Below, one piece after another: positions 21,455 through 31,836 of a stretch of 64,000 nucleotides of DNA; the first letter of the stretch is position 1; every line of letters starts with the position of its first letter. Where the stretch lies: NCBI GenBank assembly GCA_002811645.1, contig PDIP01000069.1, positions 18,618-82,617 on the forward strand, given 5' to 3'. This stretch comes from Corallochytrium limacisporum Hawaii (taxonomy: Eukaryota > Protista > Pluriformea). The position numbers and the translations under genes were made by a program. The notes under the pieces were generated by a model. That model searched no databases. It saw only the letters and a list, made by a program, of their open reading frames with translations, and was not told the DNA's origin.

Positions 21455-21932
21455 GGTTGAGTACTGTTCAAAAATTCTTTTTTATTCAGCACTTGGCAGT
21501 TAGCAAGCAGTAGTGCTTCTTCAATGAACAGGGATCTTTTTGAACACGGTCTTTTGAATTGGGGAAGAACAAGCATGGCATAGTAAGCATTTCAACTGAG
21601 CATGAGACATTGGTGGTGTGTAGAGTCCCTTGGACTGCCACCACATGTCGAAGTCAAACATAGGCATCTTATCAATTTTTTAAAGGTCTGCTCGTTTCCA
21701 GTTGGTGGACAAAAGAGCAAACCCTGGCATATCAAAGTGGTGACATGGTCACTTCTATCCTTTACACCCACCGCTTTGGATCTGGTTGTGTGAAGAAGAA
21801 GCCCTTCCATTGCAACACAAACTTCTTACATAGATTTCATATGACTTTTAACGAACATCACTGAATTTTCAATGACTTACAAGCTCGTGGTGATGTGGAA
21901 TCACTGGACTAGGTGGCTTTAGAGGACATGAC

Positions 21933-23027
21933 TTATAAGGCAGCATTCTTGGCGGAGCTCACATCCTTGGCACCAGCGGGCCTCGGCAGGCCAGCAATGA
22001 TGACGTGCACCATGTCCCGGATACGCTCCGGTAGCCGATTGATGGCCATGAACATGTGTCCATTGGTGGTCACTGTGTAGTTCAGCTTTGGATATTTTAT
22101 GGTAATGGCATGCACGTACGCATCAACTACCTTGTTCGCGTCCTCTGAGAAGGTCAGCAAGTTTGTGGCACCTTGTTTGAGACCGTTGAAGAAGTCATCG
22201 CCATAATACCGCTTGGTCTCTTCGGAGAGCTGTGTGAAGGTGGTTTCCATCTGTCCAACTGCACGACTGGTCAATGGTGTAATGGCAAATCCGGGTGTGA
22301 GGGTGACCACATCGATCCCTTGCAATGCCAGTTCCTGGCGCAGACAAGAGCTCCAGCCCATGACTCCGTGCTTGGCCCCACTGTACGCTCCGCATCCCAT
22401 GGATGACGTCCTGCCGTAGATACTGGCCATGTTGATAAACCGTCCGTAGGCCTTGCGCACAAGAGGAATGAAGAACTTGTTTGTACGCATGACTCCCAAC
22501 AAGTCCACATCCACAATGTGGGTTAGTGTGCTCATGGAGGTCAAGTCAATCAGAGTGCCACCCGCAATGCCAGCGTTGGCCACCACGGCGTACACCCCTC
22601 GACTACCAGATACCCGTGCACAATATGCAGCCGCGGTTTGCACATCCTCGTCTTTCGTAACGTCGCATTTGATAGTGTGCAGGCGTCTGCTGGCCTTTCC
22701 TTCCAGTTTATCCATAGATGCCTCTGCATAGCAAGCTGCAACAACTTCAAATCCCATTTTATCCAGCCTCAGAGCTAATGAATGGCCGAACCCTGTGTCA
22801 CAGCCGGTAATGAACACAACCTTTCCTTCACATTTTCCTATGCGGGCATATCGGCGATAGATCGCACGAATACTAAGCAGGCCGGTCAGGGCTGTTGCGC
22901 TTACTAGACCATAATACCCCTGAGGATTTGTCGCGTACAAATTGTCCAGATGTCGGGGGATGTCTTTTGTTATTTGGTATGCGACCTGCTGCGCAATTCT
23001 TTTTACCTCTGACGCAATCGAGTCCAT
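21933..23027 (-). CDS. Short-chain dehydrogenase/reductase, RDH/17-beta-HSD/BDH1-like
   Basis: VFITGCDTGFG, VANAGI and YSGAK (YxxxK), with an N-terminal hydrophobic anchor. Start moved from the track's TTG (23078) to the first in-frame ATG at 23027. Confidence 0.9.
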   Translation of the reverse strand: MDSIASEVKRIAQQVAYQITKDIPRHLDNLYATNPQGYYGLVSATALTGLLSIRAIYRRYARIGKCEGKVVFITGCDTGFGHSLALRLDKMGFEVVAACYAEASMDKLEGKASRRLHTIKCDVTKDEDVQTAAAYCARVSGSRGVYAVVANAGIAGGTLIDLTSMSTLTHIVDVDLLGVMRTNKFFIPLVRKAYGRFINMASIYGRTSSMGCGAYSGAKHGVMGWSSCLRQELALQGIDVVTLTPGFAITPLTSRAVGQMETTFTQLSEETKRYYGDDFFNGLKQGATNLLTFSEDANKVVDAYVHAITIKYPKLNYTVTTNGHMFMAINRLPERIRDMVHVIIAGLPRPAGAKDVSSAKNAAL

Positions 23028-23657
23028 CGTGACCCGAAGAATAGAATGCCTTGTCGTTGGAGGACTGCTACCTTCCAAAAACCTGGCCCACAGACTGCAA
23101 CGCTACCATGCCATATTACATTGCCACATGACTTACCCTAACTACCTTCTCCACCGGTGAGGCCCCATTTGAGCTCAACCCAAACAAAAGAATGGAGACC
23201 ACTTGTGGACGTCCTAACCCACTTCCCCGCAGTCTGGCTGTGTGCACTCAAAGAATGTGTACAGTACATTTAGTATGCACAATTCAATGCCTCTCACTCT
23301 CTCGCTCCACCTTCTCGTTTTGTTTTCCGATCCTCAGGAGTGGTAGCCAGTGGTGGCCTTACCGCGAAATTTGTAAGATGGTGGGTAAGTGGAGGTGCGT
23401 GATGATCCCGGGATACCTGGAACGGTCGGGGGGCTCCACGAGTAGGCATCGGCGGGGAGAAAAACGGAGGAACACAGAACTGGTGTGCAGCCGGGCTACG
23501 AGGAGTTTCTTCGTCCTCAGGTCCTTCAAAGCAAGAAGTCGGAACGAAACACAAGGTGGATGCTAGCTGCCAAGTATTCGCTATCATGGGTGTCTTTCGC
23601 TACTACATGGTCAATGGTGACTAGTCTGGTCGGGTGATAACAACCGACTGATCGATT

Positions 23658-24830
23658 ATGAATCTCGACCGCCAAATCCATACAGCTTTGCAAGGAGGCC
23701 ATTTCCATTATACGACTCTCAAAGACCGGCTAACCAACACTGCTGAAAAATTGTGGGAACTGCAAAATAGAAGGACTGCAAATGGTATCTTCGTGACCAC
23801 GGACGAAACTCTCACCGAAGACCTTTTCGTTCTCCCACAATGGCGAGGCCGGGCACATGAACTTACCTCCGTGAACCTTGATTGCTGTGGACTGACGGCC
23901 ATCCCAAAGTCTCTTCAGGTATGCCACAACTTGAAACACTTAGCAGCTGGACAAAATCTGATCCGTATGTTACCTGAGGAGCTGCTCGAAGCCATAACAA
24001 ACTCCATCGAATACATTGAGCTGAGCCATAACCTTGTGGAAGAAATCTCCCCATCCATCGGGATATTTTCCAAGCTTGGGTACCTAGACTTGAGCGAGAA
24101 TAACCTTAGGTGCTTTGAACTCAGAGGATCGACCCCATTGCCAAACCTGAGGAATCTGCGACTTGATGGCAACGATCTGCGAGCGTTCCCAACAGACATT
24201 TGTGCCCTTACAAATCTGGAGGAATTGAACCTGAGTGCTAACCGTATTCCCACAATTCCGGATAGCATTGCTTATTTGGGTAAGTTGCGGACATTATATC
24301 TCATGAACAATGAGATCGAGGTGATTCCCTTGGCATTCGGGAGCTTGTACCGCCTGGAAAAGGCCTTCTTGAGTAGCAATTGCATCAGAGCAATTCACCC
24401 GGACGTCTTCCACACCCTCACCAGTCTGTGTTGGCTCTACATCTTTGACAATCAGCTGGAAGATTTGCCAGATTCCATTGGAGAATGCAGTAGTCTCCAC
24501 CACTTGTACGCGCAGAAGAATCGACTGAGGACTTTCCCGGCTTCTGTCTGTCATCTGCGCAATCTTCACTTTGTCAACGTGTCCCACAACCAGATCACCA
24601 GTTTTCCCCTGGAACTGGGTCTCCTTGTGAATGTACAGCAGTTCACGTTTGATGACAACCCCATGATCTATCCGGATACAGATCAATTGCGGGACCTTGG
24701 CATCATTGAGCATGGCCCGGGTGTCCGAGTGCCGCTGATCACGTTCATGGCAGGTGCCCTCTGGCAGGCCCAGAGGGCAGACGACTATCAACACACAGAT
24801 GACATGGATGTGTCCGCAACAGAACGCTGA
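23658..24830 (+). CDS. Leucine-rich repeat protein (about 11 LxxLxLxxNxL repeats)
   Basis: Repeats such as LRNLRLDGNDLRAFP, LEELNLSANRIPTIP, LRTLYLMNNEIEVIP; capping DNPMIYP. Confidence 0.88.
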   Translation: MNLDRQIHTALQGGHFHYTTLKDRLTNTAEKLWELQNRRTANGIFVTTDETLTEDLFVLPQWRGRAHELTSVNLDCCGLTAIPKSLQVCHNLKHLAAGQNLIRMLPEELLEAITNSIEYIELSHNLVEEISPSIGIFSKLGYLDLSENNLRCFELRGSTPLPNLRNLRLDGNDLRAFPTDICALTNLEELNLSANRIPTIPDSIAYLGKLRTLYLMNNEIEVIPLAFGSLYRLEKAFLSSNCIRAIHPDVFHTLTSLCWLYIFDNQLEDLPDSIGECSSLHHLYAQKNRLRTFPASVCHLRNLHFVNVSHNQITSFPLELGLLVNVQQFTFDDNPMIYPDTDQLRDLGIIEHGPGVRVPLITFMAGALWQAQRADDYQHTDDMDVSATER

Positions 24831-26310
24831 GCGACACGAAGATAATGACTCAATCACTCACTTACACATTCATACTCACTTGTATTTGCACGCACACATA
24901 CAGAGCTAGGCACAGGAACAGAAAACAGGGTACAGAGGCGAGTGGGTGGCAGCAGCGGCATGTGGAAGAGTGTTCCTACGCGTGTGCTCAGAGTTCCCAT
25001 CCGCTGGAGGGGGGGGCAGCGCCAGTGGTCCCATGCACTGCATAATATACTGAACTTAAGCCCTTCCGCGGCAGATGACTCGCCGAAAGTCGAGAAGGCC
25101 CGGCGGCAATCAAACATTGGGGGCATTTCGCTGATCTGCTTAGTAGGGAAAAGTGCTATGTGAACCGCCATGGGCACCAGCGATTGCCTTGGTACCAAAG
25201 AAGCATTGAGGAAGTTGGACAAGGAGGATACGGTGTGCGCAAGTCAACAATTAATTTACTACACAAAAGTCACCCTAAGTGTAATATAAGCAATTTGCAT
25301 TTGCGAACGCACAACCCGAATACGCGCACACGCAACCCTTTAGTGACAATAGATGGCCCGATCCTCTCGCCACCAGATAGTTTTCGGCCAGGGTTCCCTT
25401 GTGATGGATTTTGATCGGAGCACCTAGAAATTGTCCCTGCCACCGGAACCTATGCGTAGATTGTGAGTCCAATTTAATTGTGTGTAGAGTAGCGCATACC
25501 CAATTGTCCGTCTGGCCGTTGACTCTCTGGTGGTACCCTCATTTGCGGCGGTTGTAAACCCTAAACCAAAGCTCCGTGTCACTTTATTGACACAGCAAAC
25601 CCCGCCTTTAGGGACAATGTGGGTCCCTCCCTCCGCCGCCGCAGTGTTTGCATTACACAAACAAAACAAAAAAAATGGAGTTCAATCACCCCTCCCCGTT
25701 GCGCCAATAACAAACGACCAACGCTTTCCCCGCACCCCTGCTGCTCTCCCACAAAAACTTCTCGGAATCGTTGCCACCTCAGTTGCCCGCATCAGTTGGC
25801 TTTTGGTTTCTGCGTAACAGGGTGGTGTCAATCGACACTCCCAAAGGCGGGAAAGAAGCCAGTCTGCGCAAACCAGAGTTTAGATAAGAGGGATGCGGGA
25901 GGGGGAAATGTGTCTGTGAGGAAACTAAGTCAGTACCAACTGTGTCAGTTACACGTAACCGATAGCATCTCATTGTTAGTCATCGTCTTCATTTTTCTAG
26001 GCAGGGGACCAAACACTACCCAACAATTGCGGCGACACAAACGAAAGAATCGCAGTGCTCATACTTTCACTTAGGTCGTGCAAAAGGCCCGGGGGGGGGG
26101 GGGAGTTGGGGTGAACGTGAAAAAAACACACATTTCGGATCCTGTGTGGTCGCATGAAACTCATTGACTCTGCTACTTTCTGATTTGTTCATTGTGATGA
26201 GACCTACTTCAGGCCTTCACAGTGAGTAGCCTTGTGTACAACTGACCTGTTTCCACAGTTTTCGAGATCGAACAATTTCGGATAAGCATTGTATCACATC
26301 GCTCACAAAC

Positions 26311-26853
26311 ATGACCACCCTGCTCCGTCGCTTCACTACTGTTGCTGCTGCCGGTGTTGCAGTTGCAGGCTTCTACAATGGGCCCCAGTTCATCGCTCAC
26401 TGCAAGTCCCTCGTCGCCGACGCCGAGGTGGTGCGTCAGAAGTGGAAGAAGCTGGAAACCTTCGACTTGAGCGAGTACAGGTTCACCAAGGATATTGGTC
26501 CCTCGAAGGTCTACTACCCCCTCCAGAACAAGGAGGGTGGTATCTTCCGCCTGGCTGTTCGTGAGCACATCCCCTACTCTGCCGAGACCATGGCCCAGAT
26601 CTGGTGGGACTTCCCCCGTCGTGTGGACTGGGAGCCTGAAAACACTACCTACTGCAAGGTCCCTGCGCAGGAGTCTGCCACTGAAAAGACCGTCCACTTG
26701 TTGACTGCACCCCGTCCCCTTGTCTCTCCTCGCGATTTTGCCTTCCGTAGCAACCGCTTCGATCTGCCCGGTGGCAAGATTCTGATGGTGCAGTCTGATT
26801 GCAGTGACGACGTTGAATGTGATCCCGTCGGTGTCCGTGGTAACGTAAACAGT
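26311..26853 (+). CDS. START-domain lipid-transfer protein, exon 1 (spliced product 233 aa; possible mitochondrial presequence)
   Basis: WDFPRRVDWE and PRPLVSPRDFAF are START motifs. The coding-like frame meets a GTAAGT donor at 26854 in phase 0. N-terminus MTTLLRRFTTVAAAG is Arg/Thr/Ala-rich with no acidic residues. Confidence 0.88.
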
Positions 26854-27480
26854 GTAAGTATTGTTCATTGACGACTAGCAATGATTGCGTCCGGGATTCG
26901 GGTACGTGCAAGACACGTTCTGTAACTTCTTGGAGCATGAAACATCCAAAGAAGCACCATCCAATCAGTTTGGGACAACCGGTATATTCATGCGCGCAGG
27001 TGGGCTTCGGATTATCTTTCTAGAAGACTATCACTTCTCCCCTCTACGCTCCATCCTCTACCCTTCACAGTCACAGTCCACTCTCAACTGACTTCGATTG
27101 TGGTGAATCGGATGTCTCAGACAGGTGGGGGTTGCTTGCCTATTTACTGGGAAGTGTGTATCAGTGGGAGCGTTACGAACTCCCAGTGCTGCTGGACTTT
27201 CTACCCCAACCCCCCTAAACCCCCCGCCCCCAAGCCGGCCCGAGGCCTTTCTCGTTTATCGAAAAACGGAACCTGGCCAAAGAGGGGAACCTCCGGAGGG
27301 GGCTGGAGTCGAGCGGGAAGGTCAGCGGGAGAATCAAATCGCATGAGCATACGCTTGCTAGAATTGGATTGGTGTATTGGTGTTTTCTGCATATGTTCAT
27401 TGCATGCTTTTTTTCATTCATTTTAATCAGAGACTAACCAAATTTGTTCAAATTTCTTCATTTCATCTTTCTCCCTACAG
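26854..27480 (+). other. Spliceosomal GT-AG intron, 627 nt
   Basis: Donor GTAAGT at 26854, branch point GACTAAC at 27432-27438, pyrimidine tract, acceptor TACAG ending at 27480. Removal restores the START C-terminus in frame. Confidence 0.9.
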
Positions 27481-27639
27481 TACATCATGTTTGAACCCAC
27501 TGGACCTAATTCTTGCCGCGGAATCTACGCTGTCAACGCTCACCCTAACGGTTGGATTCCTGGTGCTGTTGCCGACGCCGCTGCTGATGACGCTGCCGCA
27601 GTCTTGAATCTGATGGTTGACTTCAAAGCAAGGCAGTAA
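27481..27639 (+). CDS. START-domain protein, exon 2 (not in ORF track)
   Basis: YIMFEPTGPNSCRGIYAVNAHPNGWIPGAVADAAADDAAAVLNLMVDFKARQ*, matching the last START strands, the P.GWIP motif and the C-terminal helix. Confidence 0.88.
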   Translation, partial: YIMFEPTGPNSCRGIYAVNAHPNGWIPGAVADAAADDAAAVLNLMVDFKARQ

Positions 27640-28061
27640 GTCTTCCCAACTGCAATGCGCGCTTGCAATAAATGTAGTAAATCGCAATTTTCCAATATTC
27701 AATTAGAATGTCCTTGACTCTATGAATTCAATGCCAGATATTGTATCCACTTGTCACCTAATGATATTGATAAGTATGCATACATTAAATCTTAACTTCG
27801 AAGATTGTTTTGCTTTCGAGAAACAAATGCGAGTTTTAATCCGAGTCCCGGAACCACATATTATCCTACTTTGTTCGAATTCAGGTTTATAGTTGCTAAA
27901 TCGTTAAATACAACAACTAGCCTGCAGTACCATCTGATAGAGCCACCTACTTTGAACTAGACTGGATGGGATAAGAGTTTCGTTTGAGGACAAGATCAGT
28001 CGTTTCGAATGCTTATAGGAGGAAATTCTAAAAGATTATCTTTGTATACATGAAACATGAA

Positions 28062-29864
28062 TTAGGCCAGGATGGGGTAGGCAGAGCGAGTGGCAATACC
28101 GCACATATTGTCCTGATTGCGGGCAATCTTGAAGTAGCCATTATCGCCCCAGAACTCGCTCCACGAGTTCTTGACAAGCCAGTAGTCGCGAAGGTGCTCA
28201 GGCAGGCTGGGGTCAGTGCCGTAGCCAACGATGGTGACAGCGTGGCCAGTGTCGTGACCGCACTCTTCATTGTAGTAGACTCCAGAAGAGTAGTAGATCA
28301 TACCCGCTCCCTCAGGATTGTAGCCAATACCAACAGCACCCTGAGTGGCCACAGCGTCCTTCATGGCCTCTTCATCACCGTACGGGATCATGACAACTTC
28401 CTTGATCACAGCGTGCTCCCAACGACCAGGAGAGTAATTGGGTTTCCAGCGGCAGAAGTCGGACATGTTCTCATAGGAACCGTACGCATCCTCAGTGGCA
28501 ATACCACCGGCATCCATGGCGTAGTACAACGCGAAAGGAACCTCACCGCCATCGCAACCGTTACTAGAGTAGTCCCAAGCACAGTCAAGGAAGTGCTGCT
28601 CGGCAAAGCTGACCAATTCGCCGTACTTCAGGAAGTATTGTGTCTCCACTGTAGCGGCGGCGGAAAAGGTCCAGCACGAACCGCACGCTACCTGGTCCTT
28701 CACCCGGCCCACAGCAGAGATTGTACGATAATCGACAGCCTCGGGCAACTCCTTGCCAGACATTTGATGGAATTTCCAAGGTTTGTGCTTCTCAATGGCC
28801 GGAGGGTAGGTGTCCTTGAGTGGGTAGCCCTTGTCATCAGGATCACCCTCGGCGTCATGCATAGCCTTTAAGGCCCAGTCCTTGTTCTTCTGGCTCTGAC
28901 CAGCACATTGGAGAATGTGCTTCAGCTCCTCCTTTTCTTTATCTGCAAACTGGTTTACGGCGAAGGTGGTGAAGTGGTTGTCGCGGTTCAGCTTGTTGAT
29001 CTCAGCGACGTTCTTGCGGTAGGTCTGCTCCCGAACTGCGTGCTTCTCCATGTCATCGGCGTAGGTCCAACCGTGCTTCTCGACATGGGCATCAAACTTC
29101 TTACCAACGCGGTCGACAGCATCCCGGACCATCTTGAGTTCGTCCATCACAGCGCTATGGTGGTCAACGCGGTCGTACGGACTCTCGGAGCACCCAGAGG
29201 GCGGGGTGAGCATGGACTCCTCAGCGCCGGACTGGAAGCTGTGGTAGTGCAGAGCGTAGTGATCGTAGTGAGAAGTGAAAGTAAATTCGTATCCCACAAA
29301 GTGCCACAGATGGGGAGTGTTCTCAGCATCGTCAAAGGCCCAGAAGGCGTAGGTGTTGGTTCGGGTTTCGACGTGCTCGAGGGCAAGCCACTTGTTACAG
29401 GTGGCGTGGGGGTCCTCGGGGCATTGTTCCTTGCCGACATATGAGTACTTGTCAAAGTCAGGGAGCATGCCGCCCTCAGAATCGAGGATGTAATCAGACA
29501 CGTAACAAGCCATGTGATCCTTGGTGGGACGTGTCTCCCAAACCAAGTTCTTGCCGTAGTCCATGACGTAGTTGGCCAAATTGTCGTAGTAGACGACATT
29601 TTCGCGACGTCCAGGAATGTCGACATAAGCGGTCAGTTTTTCCTCGAGGCGGGCAGCCTTGACCTCAAAGGTAGCCTCAATGGTGTAGCGATCTGGGTAG
29701 GCGGGCTTGAGTTTCTTGCCCTGGTTTTCATCGCTAACCTGGACGGTGTGGCCCCAGGTATCGTTAACCTTCTCCAGGCTGGCAGCGCTTGGCCGCTGGA
29801 TTTTCTTGGCCTCCGTGGCAACGCCGGCCAGGCTGGCCAGGGCGACGGCAGCGAAGAACTTCAT
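28062..29864 (-). CDS. Secreted/lysosomal papain-family cysteine protease, 26/29-kDa proteinase (CfaD-like) architecture
   Basis: Signal peptide, about 200-aa N-terminal extra domain, I29 prodomain (E...R...Y..N...I...N, NQFAD), catalytic QVACGSCWTF, GHAVTIVGYG, WLVKNSW. Confidence 0.92.
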   Translation of the reverse strand: MKFFAAVALASLAGVATEAKKIQRPSAASLEKVNDTWGHTVQVSDENQGKKLKPAYPDRYTIEATFEVKAARLEEKLTAYVDIPGRRENVVYYDNLANYVMDYGKNLVWETRPTKDHMACYVSDYILDSEGGMLPDFDKYSYVGKEQCPEDPHATCNKWLALEHVETRTNTYAFWAFDDAENTPHLWHFVGYEFTFTSHYDHYALHYHSFQSGAEESMLTPPSGCSESPYDRVDHHSAVMDELKMVRDAVDRVGKKFDAHVEKHGWTYADDMEKHAVREQTYRKNVAEINKLNRDNHFTTFAVNQFADKEKEELKHILQCAGQSQKNKDWALKAMHDAEGDPDDKGYPLKDTYPPAIEKHKPWKFHQMSGKELPEAVDYRTISAVGRVKDQVACGSCWTFSAAATVETQYFLKYGELVSFAEQHFLDCAWDYSSNGCDGGEVPFALYYAMDAGGIATEDAYGSYENMSDFCRWKPNYSPGRWEHAVIKEVVMIPYGDEEAMKDAVATQGAVGIGYNPEGAGMIYYSSGVYYNEECGHDTGHAVTIVGYGTDPSLPEHLRDYWLVKNSWSEFWGDNGYFKIARNQDNMCGIATRSAYPILA

Positions 29865-30534
29865 GGTGATTAGGCTTTGTTGACTCTAAACTGTAACCCT
29901 TCAACCTGATGGGGAAGGATAAGGAAGGTTATGCAAATCCACGGTACCTAGTACCTTACTTAATGACAGACACGAAAACAAAAACAGGATCGACTCAGTA
30001 TACCGCTACACAAATAAGTACACCTAGATCAAAAGCTTCCGAGGATGGTATCACCACCAGCGCCAATCTTGTATTCGTCCTTTTCCGTTCCCAGAGTCTT
30101 GTATCAATGGCACTCCCAATGAGAAACCTTGCACACAACAACAAAGTCCGACAGTCACGGAAGGAGAAGTAAGAACTGGCGTTTCAGTCCCGCGCACAGG
30201 CGGAAATTGTTTCATTGTCTCAGTATCTGTCCAGTGCCCCCTTCCCAGGAGGCTGCGGGTGTCCTCAGTTGATCTCTTGCAGACGGGAAAAGTCCCCCCA
30301 GCTGGTCACGGGAAAATTTGCGCGTAAAAATTCAATAGTTAATGTATGAGTGAGTCTCACCAAAGAAGCACGCAAGTGAAAGATACTGGACACGGACACA
30401 CGCACTCGCACGACAGATGCACCCGATGTTGGGATCGAGGCAAACACTCTCATTCCAATCTCCGAGCATGTAATTCGGGAGAGTGTGTAGTTGCAGATCC
30501 AGTCGATGAAGCTTTCCGAGAAGTGCTATCGCGT

Positions 30535-30582
30535 GTATGTGCGTGTGTGTACGTATGTGCGTGTGTGTACGTATGTGCGTGT
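30535..30582. repeat. 18-nt tandem repeat GTATGTGCGTGTGTGTAC x about 2.7
   Basis: Directly visible. Confidence 0.85.
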
Positions 30583-31794
30583 ATGCCGTCCGATTGCCTT
30601 CCATCGATCGCCAAAGAATGAAACTAACCGTACAACACTTGCGGGCCCTCTACCATTTTCCCAAATCAATCACTCTCCGATGACGCAAACCGGGGCAGGA
30701 AAATGGCTTCTAAACAAATTTGTTCGCCTCGATTGCCACAGTTTTGGCTGCTTTCCTCTGTGTTTTCATTTTCAATTGGGACTTACAGGTCTCTTTGCTT
30801 TGTATTTGGTAATGTTTGGCCTTGTGCCATTGTGATGCTGGGAAACGGACGAGCAAAGGCACTGGGAGTTTAGATCTGACTAACCCACCTGACCCGCACC
30901 GTACACTGAATATAGCCAACGAACCCGTGTGAATCTCCTGCGGCTTTGGGTAGAGGAGGGGGGGGGGGTTGTCAGAAAACAAGCAGAACCTGAGGTGTCG
31001 GCGACAGCACAAGTGCACAGTCAGTACGGATCTAAGGTAGAGGGGCTGATGATGTGGTGCTGAATCTCGGGGAATGGTTTGTGGGTGTGTGTGCCTGTGC
31101 GCGCGTGTGTGTGCTGAGAGAAACTCTGCGCAAGCAGGCACTGCCAAGTTGGACAAAGACTCGTTGGTAGGCCGCACCTGCGGGATACACTCAGTTCAGG
31201 GACGAAAAGCAAGGTTGAACCAATTGGAGCCCAGCCCCATAAGATAAATGGATATGTAGGTTTTGTACAGCTTGGAGATGTGAACCCATGTTCTTGTATT
31301 TGTGTATGTAACCGGTGAGTGTACGGATGAACTTAGAATGCCTTATCATGTGTGGAGCAGTTCTCGATGATGTCGATGGGAAAAGGATTGATGAGCATGA
31401 TGAAACCCCCTGGAATAGGGGACCAAACCGAATTGACAGCATAACCCACTGGTCCCAACTGCGCCAAAATGCGCGGTAGAGAAGAAAGAGGGGATATTCA
31501 CGAGGGCGCACGCGTGTGGGGGTTGGGGGCGGTGGAGGTAGGACTATTACGACCTCTGTCCCCGGCCCCAACCGTGTCCTTGGGAGCAGATGAAGTGCAG
31601 TGATAGCACAGATGACAAATGGTTCAGGGCGCGATATGCGGTAGATACATGCGTTAGAAGACAAAAGAGTACTACAACCAGCGTTTGATGTGAACGAGTG
31701 TACAAATCATTGCTTACCAGCCAGGAATAAATCCTCATCAATTTATTCTCTTCCCATGGGCTGCCGTATGGTTCCGGATGGCCAGATTCGCATA

Positions 31795-31836
31795 TGGATT
31801 GGCGTTGTGTGGATTGGCGTTGTGTGGTTTGGCGTT
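31795..31836. repeat. 15-nt tandem repeat TGGATTGGCGTTGTG x about 2.8
   Basis: Directly visible. Confidence 0.85.

Noticed and set aside
26311-26871. 186-aa single-exon START ORF from the track
   Set aside because: It reads into the intron and lacks the C-terminal START elements found in exon 2.
27207-27225. CCCTAAACCC resembling a telomerase template or telomeric repeat
   Set aside because: Single unit embedded in a C-rich tract; no array and no other telomerase RNA features.
27316-27327. GGAAGGTCAGCG in the START intron, matching the RNase P RNA CR-I pattern
   Set aside because: No complementary CR-V/P4 partner at a suitable distance downstream.
27636-27641. GTAAGT overlapping the START stop codon, as a possible second donor
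   Set aside because: The domain is already complete and there is no good branch point or acceptor downstream; the motif arises naturally from CAG-TAA-G.
30286-30301. GGGAAAAGTCCCCCAG (and AAAGTCCC at 48111), resembling RNase MRP CR-I
   Set aside because: No convincing CR-V (A-rich..GGGGCTYA) or GARAR loop within range.
31795-31836. Short tandem repeats considered as a CRISPR-like array
   Set aside because: No spacers, eukaryotic context, no cas genes.
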